Counted from the stretch's first letter, positions 10,419 to 22,756 are shown. The stretch is 64,000 nucleotides of DNA from Calditrichia bacterium (GCA_963796965.1 CAWCNS010000008.1:96001-160000), one strand, 5' to 3'. A program made the numbers and translations. The notes: a model not told the origin generated them from the letters alone.

Positions 10419-11615
10419 CTAATCAATAAGATAGATCTCACAGAATTGATAGTATGTTCCGTCCGTTTTTACAGTATTCTTTTTTGATTTTCCAGAAGAT
10501 TCCACGAGGAGATTATAACTCTGATTGGGCTCCAATCGAAATATCAAAAAATCATTAAAATCATACTTCTCGTCTTTGGTCTCTCCCTCGGCGATAGTCT
10601 TCTCACCACTTTTTACCACCACTTTACCAATTATCCGTTCACCCTTTTTCTTATCGAAAAGACGAACTGCCAGATTTATCAGACCATCCTTTCCAACATC
10701 TTTACTATAGCGATCGGTCACAATATCCCCACTTACATAAGTCGCTGATTTGTCAAAAAGGGGCGGGAAGATAACATTTGTTTTTTTATAAGATGTAGCA
10801 TAAATACTATATTTCCATTCACTGTCATTGGACGTAACTGCCCGTTCCCCGAACCAGGTTTTGTCTAAGGGACTTTTTTCCCCGGCACCAATAAAATGCC
10901 ACCCTTCGTCCCAAACTTCTACCCAGGAATGGTTCCCTGATTTATCAACCCATAGGGGAACACCAACAAATCGTGCCGGTACACCTACAGCACGGCAGGC
11001 ATCAATTAATAATATAGATAATCCCGTACATGATGCCAGACCGGCTTCGATTGATTCATAGGGACTCTGATCTGCTTTTGGCCTTTTAGTGGAATATTTT
11101 ACATTCACCATATCCCAAATCTCGTTATTTAATTTCACTGTAGCCTCACCCGGGGTTTGGAGATCATTTACGAGGGGTAAGAATTTTTTCATAAAATCTG
11201 CTCGCCAATCATCCCGTCGTTCATGAATACTCACGTAAGGAAGAACATAATTCAAAAAAATATCCTCCGGGATCTGTTTACCCCAGGCAACGGAATCCAT
11301 TACGGCATATCCCAAACTAATATTGGTTAAGATAAAATCTGCAGTAAGGGATGTCAGATCACGTTCGGGCATATTTGCCAGAAGAAATCCAAGCCCTTGC
11401 AATTGATCATCAGGACAGTTTTCAATCGCTTTTATGATTTCTTCTGAATTATTTCCGGCATCATTCAGGGCCTGCTTTACGGCATTCTGGTAAGCAGCAG
11501 GCAAACGATTAGCAGAAGAAGTATCGATCGATTGCTCCTGGCTGCAGGAAAGGGCCTGAATTGAAATAATAAGAAAAATAATGAATGATAGAGACAAGGT
11601 AAAAATTCTATACAT
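10419..11615 (-). CDS. Transglutaminase-like domain protein, probable lipoprotein
   Basis: ASCTGLS ... GNHSWVEVWD catalytic-type motifs. Start moved to MYRIF at 11615 (RBS CAGGAG) because the track start lies within a REP. Confidence 0.8.
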   Translation of the reverse strand: MYRIFTLSLSFIIFLIISIQALSCSQEQSIDTSSANRLPAAYQNAVKQALNDAGNNSEEIIKAIENCPDDQLQGLGFLLANMPERDLTSLTADFILTNISLGYAVMDSVAWGKQIPEDIFLNYVLPYVSIHERRDDWRADFMKKFLPLVNDLQTPGEATVKLNNEIWDMVNVKYSTKRPKADQSPYESIEAGLASCTGLSILLIDACRAVGVPARFVGVPLWVDKSGNHSWVEVWDEGWHFIGAGEKSPLDKTWFGERAVTSNDSEWKYSIYATSYKKTNVIFPPLFDKSATYVSGDIVTDRYSKDVGKDGLINLAVRLFDKKKGERIIGKVVVKSGEKTIAEGETKDEKYDFNDFLIFRLEPNQSYNLLVESSGKSKKNTVKTDGTYYQFCEIYLID

Positions 11616-11684
11616 TTTGTTCTCCTGGTATATTAATTGGATTTCCATCAATTTTTGTAACACAAATTTAATTATAATTATTTT

Positions 11685-11710
11685 GAGACGTCCCACCGGG
11701 ACGTCTCTAC
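11685..11710 (-). repeat. GTAG-type REP element
   Basis: Minus strand reads GTAG-AGACGTCCC-GGT-GGGACGTCT-C. Confidence 0.8.
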
Positions 11711-11800
11711 GGCCTCTGCGTTATAAACTATCTATCCTTAATACTTATTTTCATTCATATCTGCCTAAATTAGATAACTTTAGTAAACGGTATCATTTTT

Positions 11801-11868
11801 TGAAATTCGTGAAATTCGAATAAATCCGTGTAATTAGTGGAAGTCTTTTCACTGCGGCGCTGCGTGAG
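11801..11868. repeat. Unpaired tandem arms (AATTCGTG and CTGCG families)
   Basis: AAATTCGTGAAATTCGAATAAATCCGTGTAATTAGTGG, and CTGCGGCGCTGCGTGAG next to the GH31 stop codon. Confidence 0.6.
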
Positions 11869-11872
11869 GTAT

Positions 11873-13969
11873 TCATTCCGTCATAAACCGCCATGATATT
11901 TCCCCATAACTCCACGGCCTTCCCCCCTTCAGTTCAGAGACGGCACCGACAAGTTTACCCGTAATATCTTTTTTAACACGGAGTTCCCGCCAGGTAGATT
12001 CTCCTCTTTCATAATCAAATGTCTGACCATCGTCATCATAAAGAAAAAAGGATCCACTTTCTTTTCCATAATGCCTCACTTCAAGCGGGATATCCTCCTG
12101 GAGTTGGGTGGTATTCAATAGAGCCGGGCCCATGGGGATAAGAGCACCTCCCTTAACAAATAAAGGAATTTTATTCAATCCCGGAGAAACCTTGATGATC
12201 TCATTATTACCTAACCTCTTTCCGTTATAGAAATCATACCAATCCCCTTCGGGCAAAATAACCTCTCGCGTCCTCTCACCGGCAAACATTGGGGCGACGA
12301 TCATATCCTTACCCATCATGTACTGGGACTTAATTTCCTTACCCTGATCATCAAAACCTGAGATCAGGTTCATTGAATAGAAGGGTGGTATTCCTTCAGA
12401 TTGGTATCGCGCAAACAATGTATAAATATAGGGTATGAGTTGCATCCGCAAGAGAGCCACTTTTTGTACTTCTTTATAGACCGTTGGAAATGACCAGGGT
12501 TTTGTTCCATCTGCCCAGGCATTGATCATCGCTATGGGTGAGAAACAAACCGATTGCATACGCCTCAACCATTCCTCGGCAGATCTTGAACTGCGCGCTT
12601 CCGGCACCCATAAGACACCATTAAAACTACTGTTCACGAGAGCGGTTATAAAATCCTTATGACTGTAATAATCGTTATAAATCACAAAAGGAAAATAGGA
12701 AGATCCGGCGTTAGCCCCTCTGACAAGACCATAGGTTCTCAGATTATTCCGGTGGTAAATATCGGTTAGCATATTCAACAATTTTAGGGCATAGACCTGT
12801 CGCATCTCTTCCCCATCTAAACCGGAGGGGAACGTCGCCACATCCGGCCATAACCAAAAATCATAACCATCACATTCATCCACTTTAAATCCACTGATCC
12901 CTTTTTGAATCAATTCTTTCTCAAAATAAGATTTTGCAATTGCTTCTGCCTCTGGTACTAAATAATCAGGTACTTCCCCCAACCAGACCGTATGTGACCC
13001 CGTGTAATCCTTTATATCTTCATATATCGGTGATTCCGGCGAAACGTAGGGATTCATCCACAAATTTAACTTTACGCCTTGGCTGTTCATATCTGCAATA
13101 AACTTGTCCGGATCAGGGAACCGTGATTTATCCCAGGCATAGGAACATGGATAGGATTTGCTTTGCCACCCGGGTTCGAGACCCAAAACATCGAGAGGAA
13201 AGCCCTTCTCCCTAAATTGATCAACTTCTTGTATTGCCTGCTCATCTGTGTATAAAGTAGGTACACGGTGCCAGAATCCTAACCCCCATTTGGGCGGCAA
13301 ACATCCACCGCCACAATAAAGATTGTATCGTTTTACAACATCCATCGGTTCCGGACCCGCAAAAACCAGAATTTCAGCATTTTTATCCGGGATCCTTATC
13401 TCAATAGCATCGGAGATGGGTTGTGCCGACCAGGCAGGGTCTGTGTTCCTATCCTTGGGCTGCGGGCGGTTGGGACTATCCTTGCGATTGGCCGTACCCA
13501 CATAAACATCAATATATCTGGCGGAATTTATCAATATCCCATATCCCTTGCTTGAAATGATCAGCGGTACCGGTGCATGGGTTCGGCCCACATCCATTCC
13601 CACATAATGATCCACATGGAGACGATATAGATTACCCCGGCGGTATACGGATTTAAAATACAATCCCAGACCAAAGATCTGCTCATCAGCCTGAAGGGGA
13701 AATTTTAAATAAATGTGATTGTCATTTACCTGAAATGTTATTTCTTCTTCCGGGATTGGAAAATCCTGACTCCCAAGTTTTTCAATCGCCGCAAGCTGAG
13801 GCTTAATACCGGCCACATCCAGAAGGCTGACAAATTCTTCGGAACTGACCGTAGCCCCCCAAACACCTGTGGCTCTTTTATTAAAGTCCAGACCACTCTT
13901 ATCATTTGATATATTACTACAACTAAAGAGAATTAATAGGGGAATCAATAGAACCAATATTTTTTTCAT
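11873..13969 (-). CDS. GH31 alpha-glycosidase (alpha-xylosidase/glucosidase-like), lipoprotein
   Basis: LPPKWGLGFW, GFKVDECD nucleophile region, LPEGDWYDF, LYDDDGQTFDYE; lipobox LFSC. Confidence 0.85.
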   Translation of the reverse strand: MKKILVLLIPLLILFSCSNISNDKSGLDFNKRATGVWGATVSSEEFVSLLDVAGIKPQLAAIEKLGSQDFPIPEEEITFQVNDNHIYLKFPLQADEQIFGLGLYFKSVYRRGNLYRLHVDHYVGMDVGRTHAPVPLIISSKGYGILINSARYIDVYVGTANRKDSPNRPQPKDRNTDPAWSAQPISDAIEIRIPDKNAEILVFAGPEPMDVVKRYNLYCGGGCLPPKWGLGFWHRVPTLYTDEQAIQEVDQFREKGFPLDVLGLEPGWQSKSYPCSYAWDKSRFPDPDKFIADMNSQGVKLNLWMNPYVSPESPIYEDIKDYTGSHTVWLGEVPDYLVPEAEAIAKSYFEKELIQKGISGFKVDECDGYDFWLWPDVATFPSGLDGEEMRQVYALKLLNMLTDIYHRNNLRTYGLVRGANAGSSYFPFVIYNDYYSHKDFITALVNSSFNGVLWVPEARSSRSAEEWLRRMQSVCFSPIAMINAWADGTKPWSFPTVYKEVQKVALLRMQLIPYIYTLFARYQSEGIPPFYSMNLISGFDDQGKEIKSQYMMGKDMIVAPMFAGERTREVILPEGDWYDFYNGKRLGNNEIIKVSPGLNKIPLFVKGGALIPMGPALLNTTQLQEDIPLEVRHYGKESGSFFLYDDDGQTFDYERGESTWRELRVKKDITGKLVGAVSELKGGRPWSYGEISWRFMTE

Positions 13970-14032
13970 TAAATAACCTCAAGATGTTTATCTTTTATGA
14001 TAGCGGAGACAGAAATAAGATCAATATTTTTT

Positions 14033-14147
14033 AAACACAAAGATCACAAAGAAATCACAAAGGACCCAAAGTTCATTATATAGTTTAAAAAATTCGTACA
14101 ATTCGTATTAATCCGGCCTGGCTCGTTCTACGAGCGAAATTCGTGGA
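14033..14147. repeat. CACAAAG arm plus AATTCGT arm carrying a small hairpin insert
   Basis: AAACACAAAGATCACAAAGAAATCACAAAGGA 14033-14064; AATTCGTACAATTCGTATTAATCCG[GCCTGGCTCGTTCTACGAG]CGAAATTCGTGG. Confidence 0.7.
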
Positions 14148-14152
14148 TAACT

Positions 14153-15975
14153 TTATTCTATGATAATCTCATCAACAAACAACCAGGCCTTGCCGCCCTT
14201 TCCTTTATGCCATGCCGGACAGATCCTAATATTTTCTGCCTTAATTTTGATATATTTGGCCTTTGCTGCATCTGTATCAACAGAAATATCTCTGATCTCA
14301 ATTCCATCCATTTTTTGGTCGGATTCTATCCTGACCTTTCCAACCGGAGAATAGGATATTCCATCTATAGAAATTAAGAATTCCACTGATTTTGGAAAGA
14401 AAATCCAGGAATTTTGATTTTGAATGCATCCTAAAGCTCATTTTATTGATCGTTCTCTCACGTCCAAAATCGATTATCGCTTCAAAATCAACTTGCTCAA
14501 ATCCCACCCATTTGCCATCCTGGTAGTTACGTGAGCCGCGAATTTCATCGATGAGTGATGCCTCACCCTTGGCTCCGTATTTATTGCTATACGCATATTT
14601 AAAATGAACCTGTGAGCCCTGAATTCCTGTGAGAATATTCTCAGGAACTTCCAGAGCGGCGAGCGTTTCTGCTGACTTATCTAAAACGAGTTCAAGAACC
14701 GTATCGTTATCATCTACTGGTTTTCCAGGTAACTGAATCTTTATTTTTGAATCAGTTTCTGTGAAAGACAACGAAGGGCCATTTAATATATTTACCGACA
14801 ATAATTTATGATTCCCTAGTTCCGGCAAAATCAATTTTTCTTCAGGCCACTTAAACAGATGAATAAAGATCTTCTCCTTTTTATGTGTTGAGGCCATCCA
14901 TGAGGTGGGTTTAATTGGGCCTCCTTTGGTACCGTATATACTCTCTCCGTATTTTTTCAGCCATTGACCTACTTCAAGCAAGCGGTCTTTTTGACGCTGC
15001 TCTATCCGCCCGTCGAGCATTGGCCCGACATTAAGCAGCAAGTTGCCCCCTCCTCCTGCCGTTTGTGCCAGGGTTTGGATGCATTCTTTCAGGCTTTTCA
15101 TCTGGTCATTGGGTTTCCAGGCCCACTGTCGGCAGATAGTGATACAGGATTCCCAGGGAATATTCGGATGAAAACTGCCAATTTCCTGTTCCGGTGTGCC
15201 AAAATCACCGGCAAAAGACTTTGCCGTGGTCATTCCCTGCATGCCTGATCTGCCCTTGTCTACCCGATTATTGATCAAAACACCGTCTTTTAATGCGCGC
15301 ACATATTTATATAGATCCATTCCCATTTCATGCGTCCAGGAAGCCTCCCATTCACCATCAAACCAGAGAATATTTGTATCATAGTTCACAATGAGTTCTT
15401 TTATCTGATTTTTTAAATATTTTACATATGAATCCATTGACGATTCATCAACCGGGCGGGGATCGCCGCCATATCGGGTTGTGTAATCGGGATGATGCCA
15501 GTCACAGATGGAATGGTAGGTACCAAAGAGGATACCATGCCGCCGGCAGGCCTCGGAGAGCTCTTTTAAGATGTCCCGCTTGAACGGCGTGGACATGATA
15601 TCATAATCGGTATAATCTGAATCCCAGATACAGAAACCATCATGGTGTTTTGAAGTGATAATGATATATTTCATCCCTGCCTCTTTTACCATTTCCACCC
15701 ATTTATCGGCGTCGAATAAAAGGGGATTGAATTCTTTGTATAGATTGTCATATTCATCAATAGAAACATCACGACCTCTTGACCAGCCTATTTCCGTTCC
15801 ACGAAGACTGACCGGACCCCAGTGGATGAACAGGCCGTACTTCATGTCCTGCCATTGTTTCAAAGCTTCCAAATTTGTTTTTAAATCCGGATTTGCTTCT
15901 CCCCCGCCACCAACCTCTTGTGCCCGCGCAAAAGCAAACCAGAACGTCGAATATCAAAAAAATAACTTTAATCAT
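14153..15975 (-). CDS. GH29 alpha-L-fucosidase with C-terminal F5/8-like domain; two frameshifts (~15955, ~14435)
   Basis: KYGLFIHWG, TSKHHDGF, LWFDGEW, LLLNVGP. The signal peptide (MIKVIFLI/STFWFAFARAQ) and C-terminus (AWLFVDEIIIE) lie in other frames. Confidence 0.85.
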
Positions 15976-16048
15976 TTTTTCATTCTTTAGAAATCCTATT
16001 TTATACTTTATAGTAAAATTTTTAGGTACAATTTAAAAACGGGGGATG

Positions 16049-16119
16049 GTCATGCCGAATTCATTTCGGCATCTCAAATTTTTATACATAAGGAGATCCT
16101 GAACTAAATTCAGGATGAC
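16049..16119. repeat. Inverted pair of GTCA-tagged REP-like palindromes
   Basis: GTCATGCCGAATTCATTTCGGCATCTC (16049-16075) and GAGATCCTGAACTAAATTCAGGATGAC (16093-16119). Confidence 0.85.
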
Positions 16120-16264
16120 TATCTACTCAATATTGCTTAGCGCCATTAAATTTATGAATATTACTACGGTAATACACCTCATACAGAGACTCAGAGGACA
16201 CAGTAAACTCTGCACTAAAAAATTACCTGAATTTTATCTTTATTCCTTTTTTAGCTGGCATGTA

Positions 16265-19200
16265 TTACTTTTCTATCACCTTTAGCTCCGCCAGCGAAGC
16301 AAAATTTTGCCCCTTAAATCCTTCTAAAGCCACAAAACGAATATATCTGGTTTTCACTGCCTTCCCTAACCTCACCTCTTTTTCACTTTTATCATAATTA
16401 AGATCAGCAGTGACAATGGGTTGATTCCAATCCTTACCGTCACCGCTGATATAAAACTCTCCTCTGGATATCCACCCTCCGCTGATACCATCCTGACGGG
16501 GAAGTAGGGTAAATCCTTCAATCACAATTTCTTTTCCCAGATCGATCCGGATATCATGAGGATAATCCGGTTCCTTGACCTGCCAGGGCGTATGCCAGAT
16601 TGTAGTTGGATCATCATCGAGTATATTACTTGCTTCTAAACCAGAGAATTGGCTACTGCAGTAAATAATTTTAGATTCTGACATAATCGATGGTTTTTTT
16701 AATAAATCCTGAACAGATTGTATAGCGAGTTCCACTTCTGGATTAAAACGGCTACCTGTCATATAGTTTTGAAGAGAGAAGAGTAATTGCCGTGCTTCTG
16801 GTCTATTATTTAAATCCGTTTGTAAGTCAACACCAGAAATGATCATTTTCCCTTTGCCTGCTTTAGCCTCTACGACCATACCCAATGGTCTGTTCTCGAA
16901 CCAATCGTCGATAATCCTGACGATAGGTTTCAAATCCTTATCCAGGTAGTTTAAATTTATCGCCTGACAATGACTCATGGCATCCCACCATTGCCAGTTA
17001 CTATGGTATTCAGTGGGGAATTCAGCGAGGGCAGGATGTGCAGGATCACATAGAATTCCTAATGTATGCGGAGCCTGTTTGCTTGTCCAGGCTGTATTCC
17101 AAAAGATACTGGAAAAACCAACCTTTATCTCCCCGCCTTTCTCAGGTTTCAGACTTCCATTTTTAAGACTAAGCAGGACATTCCCACCCGCTTCTAGCCG
17201 GGCCAATGCATCCTCATCTAAAACTGAGGTCAGATAAACTTCTGATGGGTCAATGGAACTGTGGGTGGCCGGGAAGATCCAGATATCCCAGGAATTGGAA
17301 TAACCAGCCACATCAACAATCAAAATCAATTTCTGAGGCTTTTTAAACTGATTTGCATCGGCTCTAACCTGGCCAAGTTTTATATTGTTTCCCAGAGGAA
17401 TATCGCGCTTAGAGAATTGCCCTTTTATAACTTCGGTACCGCTCTCATCTAGAATTGTCCAGGATGCCTGGATATTCTTTAAAGATGAGGGGCCGAAATG
17501 GGCGGCCTCTAGATCCGCTTCAATTATTTCGTTGTTCAGAAATATTCGTTTTTTAAAACGGGCCAGAGGAACCAACTGGCTGCAGAAGCGATTGAACTCA
17601 GATGGTTTTATATAGCCTTTCTCCTCCCAAAAAGGATCCAGAACACCTACCAGAGCGGTACCCTGACCAGGGAAATCATGCAAATCGAGCAACTGAAATC
17701 CAGCAAATCCCGGGGTGCGCAAGGCCGCTTCAATTTCATACTTATAGCAGAGGGCCTGCAACTTTCCGGAAGCGAGTAAAAAATCTTCAGCCAGATACCC
17801 CATGCTATTTTCTTCCAGGCTTTCCTGAAATATTTCAAAATTTTTAGCCTTTAAGACACCGGTATACTTTTTTAATTTCTTTAAAATTGGGATACACACA
17901 CCATTGGCCGATTTCATGTCCAACAGCTGGTTTATCGGAGAATTTTTCGGCCAGGATATCCCCAAAATCAAAAGCAGTCTGTGGTGGTTTGCTGTTAATA
18001 ATACTTCTGAGACCTTCTCCCCAGCGTTGGATACGTGGATCCATGGGATTATAATATTCCATTTCCTCTACCGGAGGCCAGCCGGCACCACTGGTATAGA
18101 CCCTTCGTGAATCCCTCTTTTTCCAATGACGGACAAAGGCATTTAAGTATTTACCCTGATTCTGTCCACCCGGTTCATTACCATAGGCCATCATACAGAA
18201 CGAAGGGTGATTTCCGTATAGCATCCAATATGCTTTCAGCCTCTTCATATAACCATTTATCAATCGGTTTCCCATCCCCAAGGCTTGACGATCCATTTGC
18301 CCAGCTGGAGCATTCTACTTGCAAATAAATCCCCACTCTGTCTGCCGCGGCAAAGGCCGCCTCGGGCGGACACCAGGAATGAAAACGCATATGATTTAAA
18401 CCATGTGCTTTTATCGTATTAAAAATCCTTTTCCATTCTTCAACATCTGTTGAGGGATAACCCGTTTTTGGGAAGATGGCACATTCCAGAGTCCCCCGCA
18501 GAAAAACAGGTCTGCCGTTGATGATAAAATTTGTACCTTCGGTTTTAAATTCACGCATACCAAAATTTATTTTTTTTGAGGTGTAACCGGTTTCATTCTC
18601 TAATTCCAGATGCATGGTATAAACATTCGGCTGAAATTCATCCCATAATAAGGGCGTATCACCCATCGGGTAGACAATCTCAAGTTCCTGATTATTTTCC
18701 ACTTTAACTTCTTTGATCAGGGAATTGAGTTTAGTATCCGCGTTACCAACCGATAGTTTTAACGTACAATTTCCCAGGTTTTTCGAAAGGGTCTTCAAAC
18801 GCAATTTAACAAGAACCTGCTTATTGAGGATATCCGGGAATATTCTTACCTTGTCAAAGGTAACGTCACCTTGGGCCATGACCATGATATTACCAACAAT
18901 ACCATTCCAGTTGGTTTGGGTATGATCAGAAACACTATGAGAATTTAAACCTGGATCAATCTCCTTTATTCGGTTATCAATTCTGATAGTGATAACATGT
19001 TTTCCGGGACTCATAACTCCACTCAAATTATAGATATGGGCTGTTGCCAGACTATTTTGCATACCTATTTTCTGATTATCCACCCAAATTGTAGACTCCC
19101 AGTGACATCGTTCTAACAGCAACTCAATAAAATTGTCTTTCCAATTCTCTGGTATCTCGATCTCTTTCCGGTACCAGGCCACCCCGACATAGTGTTTTAC

Positions 19201-19563
19201 TGGTTGTAACCAAAAGGGAATCTTTATATTTCCCTTTTCACGATAGCGGCTGTATTTATCATCCGTATACCAGGATTTATCTACAACTTGCCCGGTCCAT
19301 TTGGTCCGGACCGACACATCGTCGCCTTTCCCATTTTCTGCCATTGAGCCAGGAAGATTGACGGTTTCACTAAGTCTTTTTGAAAACCATTTTTCCGAGG
19401 TACCAATATCAAGAGAGTCTATTTGAAACTGCCACACTCCGGATAGATCAATTTCCTGAATGTTTTGCTTTCTCATGGTATTCTCAGCATAAATCAATGG
19501 TATAAATAAGAAAATATACATTAGGGGATCTTTAAACAGGATGGATTTAAAAAGTGGTTTCAT
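16265..19563 (-). CDS. GH2-family glycoside hydrolase with C-terminal F5/8 (CBM32-like) domain; two frameshifts (~18220, ~17872)
   Basis: Three ORFs join: DLSGVWQF, GLNHMRFHSWCPP, YGNHPSF..GNEP, HEIGQW, then DDDPTTIWHT..IDLG. Start could be 19563 or 19569. Confidence 0.82.
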
Positions 19564-19636
19564 TAGCAACTCACTCGATAAGTTTAGGATGTATTAAAAA
19601 TTATTTTAAACTGCATTAATGATACATTCTTTTTCT

Positions 19637-19709
19637 AACGCAGAGTACGTTGAGGATCGCAGAGATATTTAGAGATTTCTTTGTGACTTCTTTGTGTCCT
19701 TTGTGGTTA
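19637..19709. repeat. Unpaired CGCAGAG and CTTTGTG tandem arms
   Basis: AACGCAGAGTACGTTGAGGATCGCAGAGA; TTCTTTGTGACTTCTTTGTGTCCTTTGTGGTT (19677-19708). Confidence 0.7.
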
Positions 19710-19778
19710 TCTTTAATCTTGTCTTTTTTCTTTGTACCGCACTTTCAGGCAGCTCATTGCATGAAATTATAAGACTCG

Positions 19779-21311
19779 TTACCAGAAAACAATATAAAAG
19801 CAAACAACCCCAAGAATAACCAAGCTGCCCAACCATATTACAGAAGGAGCCGGACGCATATCGAAATCTTTATTTACCGGCATTTCTACCGCTTTGTCTA
19901 AGGGATTTTTCCAGGTAATCATCGCCATGGTTATTATTACGATGATAAAAGTTATCGCCATGCGGTTTAAAAATGCAATTTCAGTATACTGCCATTGTAA
20001 AAATCCATAAATAGGTACCGTTAAAAGTAATGCCATAACACCCGCTGCAGGAGGCGCTTTTTTTACAATAAATCCAAAGACAAAAGCAGCTAAAATACCG
20101 GGAGAAATATATCCCTGAAATTCCTGGATATAATGAAAAACGCCTTTAAACTTAGGATTTGCCAATTGTGGTGCGATAATACAACCTATGACCACAAAGA
20201 TAAGTGTGGTTATGCGACCAATTTTGACAAGTGATACTTGAGAAGCCTCCTTTTGCCAATGACGTTTGTAGAGATCCATGGTGAATATCGTCGAGGCAGA
20301 ATTTAACATGGAAGCTAACGAACTGACCACCGCACCGGCTAATGCCGCAAAGATAAAACCACGCAGACCGACCGGCACTAAATTTCTTATTAGCATGGGA
20401 TACGCCTGGTCGGTTGTAACCAGCTGATCTCCGTAAAGTTGAACCGCCATGATCCCAGGAATAACAATCGCGAATGGAACAATTAACCAGAGTGAGGCAG
20501 CAAAGATGATACCTAATTGCCCTTCCCGTAAACTTTTTGCCGCTAATGTTCTCTGTACAATGAATTGATTTAATCCGCAATAATAAAAATTGGGTATCCA
20601 AAGTCCGATCAACAGGGCTGTCCAGGGAATTTCAGGATGATCATGAGGAAGCACCATATGAAGCCGATCGGCATTGGCTGTAAAGAAGGAGGAGAATCCA
20701 CCGACCGCAATAAAACCGAGAACCAGGGTCAGGAGCCCACCGAGGAGCAAACCTGATCCCTGAAAAAGATCGGCATATGCAACCGCACGCAACCCTCCCC
20801 AGGTCGTATAAGCTGCTGCGATGATTCCAATTAGCCAGATTGCAGCCGTCAGATCAATATCGAAGATCGTATGCAGGGTTAACCCCCCGGAATATAATAC
20901 AGCCGTAATCGTCACCCCCACATAAATGGCCATCGTATAAAAAGCCATCAAACCCCGGGCTGTGGCATTATAACGATACTCCAGATATTCCGGCAAAGTA
21001 TAGATGCCTGAACGAAGAAAACGGGGTAGAAAAAAAATTGCCACAAAGACAATGGTTACAGCACCAAGTAACTGGTATCCTGAAACGGCAAGGCCGACGT
21101 TGCCGGCTCCCTGGCCACTCATACCAACGAATTGTTCTGTGGAAATATTTGCCGCAACAATTGAGAAACCGATTAAATACCACTTTAACCCACGCCCTGC
21201 CAGGAAATAATCTTCACTATTCCTTTCCCCCCGGCTTTTATACATACTAAAACTGACAACCAGGGCAATAAATCCAACAAAAACAGTAATATCAATCCAG
21301 TTTAACTGCAT
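19779..21311 (-). CDS. Sodium:solute symporter (SSS), SGLT-like
   Basis: DYFLAGRGL, AANISTEQFVGMSG, NQFIVQRTLAA. Start overlaps the upstream GH29 stop (TAATG). Confidence 0.92.
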   Translation of the reverse strand: MQLNWIDITVFVGFIALVVSFSMYKSRGERNSEDYFLAGRGLKWYLIGFSIVAANISTEQFVGMSGQGAGNVGLAVSGYQLLGAVTIVFVAIFFLPRFLRSGIYTLPEYLEYRYNATARGLMAFYTMAIYVGVTITAVLYSGGLTLHTIFDIDLTAAIWLIGIIAAAYTTWGGLRAVAYADLFQGSGLLLGGLLTLVLGFIAVGGFSSFFTANADRLHMVLPHDHPEIPWTALLIGLWIPNFYYCGLNQFIVQRTLAAKSLREGQLGIIFAASLWLIVPFAIVIPGIMAVQLYGDQLVTTDQAYPMLIRNLVPVGLRGFIFAALAGAVVSSLASMLNSASTIFTMDLYKRHWQKEASQVSLVKIGRITTLIFVVIGCIIAPQLANPKFKGVFHYIQEFQGYISPGILAAFVFGFIVKKAPPAAGVMALLLTVPIYGFLQWQYTEIAFLNRMAITFIIVIITMAMITWKNPLDKAVEMPVNKDFDMRPAPSVIWLGSLVILGVVCFYIVFW

Positions 21312-22756
21312 TATTTTATCTTAAGGGTCCAGGCATGTTCACAGGGTGGATTATTCTGAATATTTTTTGGAATATTTACGACAAAGCCCTCACCAACTTT
21401 TTCCCACTCAAGATCCCCTGCAGCGCCCAGCATGGTGATTTTGGCATCATCAGCGGGTTGGATGCTGGATAACCAGATCTTTGAAGGTGGCCCTTCTTCA
21501 CTTTCACCACCTAAGTAAATGGCGTAAATGGTTCCGTCTTTTTGGCGTGTGAGACAGGTTTTTCCTTCTTTATAGGGCGCAATAGCGCGCGATTTATAAA
21601 TTGCTTCTCCGTTCACCTTCATCCACTCCCCAATTTTCTCAAGACGATCGTAGGCGTCATTATGCCAGGTGCCATCCGGGCCAGGGCCGATATTTAATAA
21701 CAAGTTCCCACCCTTCGATACAATATCCACCAACATATGAATTAAGGCCTGTGGGGATTTATACTTTGCGTTCGGCGAATAAGACCAGCCGCCGCCGGCA
21801 ATGATGCAGGATTCCCAGGGATAAGGTAAGGCTTTTTCAGGTACACGATTTTCAGGGGTTAGATAATTTTGATAGGGCCCGGGTACCGCACGGTCGACAA
21901 CAATCAGGCCGGGTTGTTTTTCACGCACTTTTCGGGCCAATTCAGGCATGTCAATATCCTGACTCTGAATCCGGCCAAACTTATAGCCGGATCTGTTTAT
22001 CCGCGCCTGGATCTCTTTGTCAGTTAACGGTCTTACCCAACCACCATCAAACCAAAGAATATCCACTTTGCCATAATCTGTAACCAATTCCATAATCTGA
22101 TTGTGGGTAAATTCCTTAAATCTATTCCATCGTTCCGGATATTTTTTTATATCATAATTTGGATTCCTATCCGGTGTGGCAAAATTTGACCACCAATAAT
22201 CCTGACTATGCCAGTCGGGTTTGGAAAAATAGGCCCCAACCCATAATCCTTCATTCCTGAAGGAGTTAAAAAGTTCCTTTGTTACATTGGCTTTGGGATT
22301 GGTATGAAAGGGACACGCATCATCTGTTATTTTATAATCGGTGTACTTTGTATCAAACATGGAGAAGCCATCATGATGTTTGGTCGTGAACACCATATAC
22401 TTCATACCAGCGCCTTGTGCCGCCTTAGCCCATTTATCCGGATCAAACTTAGTTGGATTAAATGTGGTTTTAAGATTTTCATATTCTTTTTTGTACGTAT
22501 TATAATCGGGATCACCTTTTCGACGGCACCATCCTTCATCTTCCGAACAGATGGACCAGGACTCTACGATCCCCCATTGACTATAGGCACCCCAGTGCAT
22601 GAGGAGGCCGAACTTGAGATCCTGCCACGCTTCCAATTTTTCCCGTACGAGTGGATCGGAATCAGGTACATATTTTTGTTCTCCATGCTGGGCCAATACG
22701 GATGAGACAATCCCCAGCATAAAAAGTAAGAACAGGATTCTTTGTATTTTTTTCAT
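21311..22756 (-). CDS. GH29 alpha-L-fucosidase
   Basis: KFGLLMHWG, TTKHHDGF, LWFDGGW, VSKGGNLLLNIGP; signal peptide. Confidence 0.92.
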   Translation of the reverse strand: MKKIQRILFLLFMLGIVSSVLAQHGEQKYVPDSDPLVREKLEAWQDLKFGLLMHWGAYSQWGIVESWSICSEDEGWCRRKGDPDYNTYKKEYENLKTTFNPTKFDPDKWAKAAQGAGMKYMVFTTKHHDGFSMFDTKYTDYKITDDACPFHTNPKANVTKELFNSFRNEGLWVGAYFSKPDWHSQDYWWSNFATPDRNPNYDIKKYPERWNRFKEFTHNQIMELVTDYGKVDILWFDGGWVRPLTDKEIQARINRSGYKFGRIQSQDIDMPELARKVREKQPGLIVVDRAVPGPYQNYLTPENRVPEKALPYPWESCIIAGGGWSYSPNAKYKSPQALIHMLVDIVSKGGNLLLNIGPGPDGTWHNDAYDRLEKIGEWMKVNGEAIYKSRAIAPYKEGKTCLTRQKDGTIYAIYLGGESEEGPPSKIWLSSIQPADDAKITMLGAAGDLEWEKVGEGFVVNIPKNIQNNPPCEHAWTLKIK

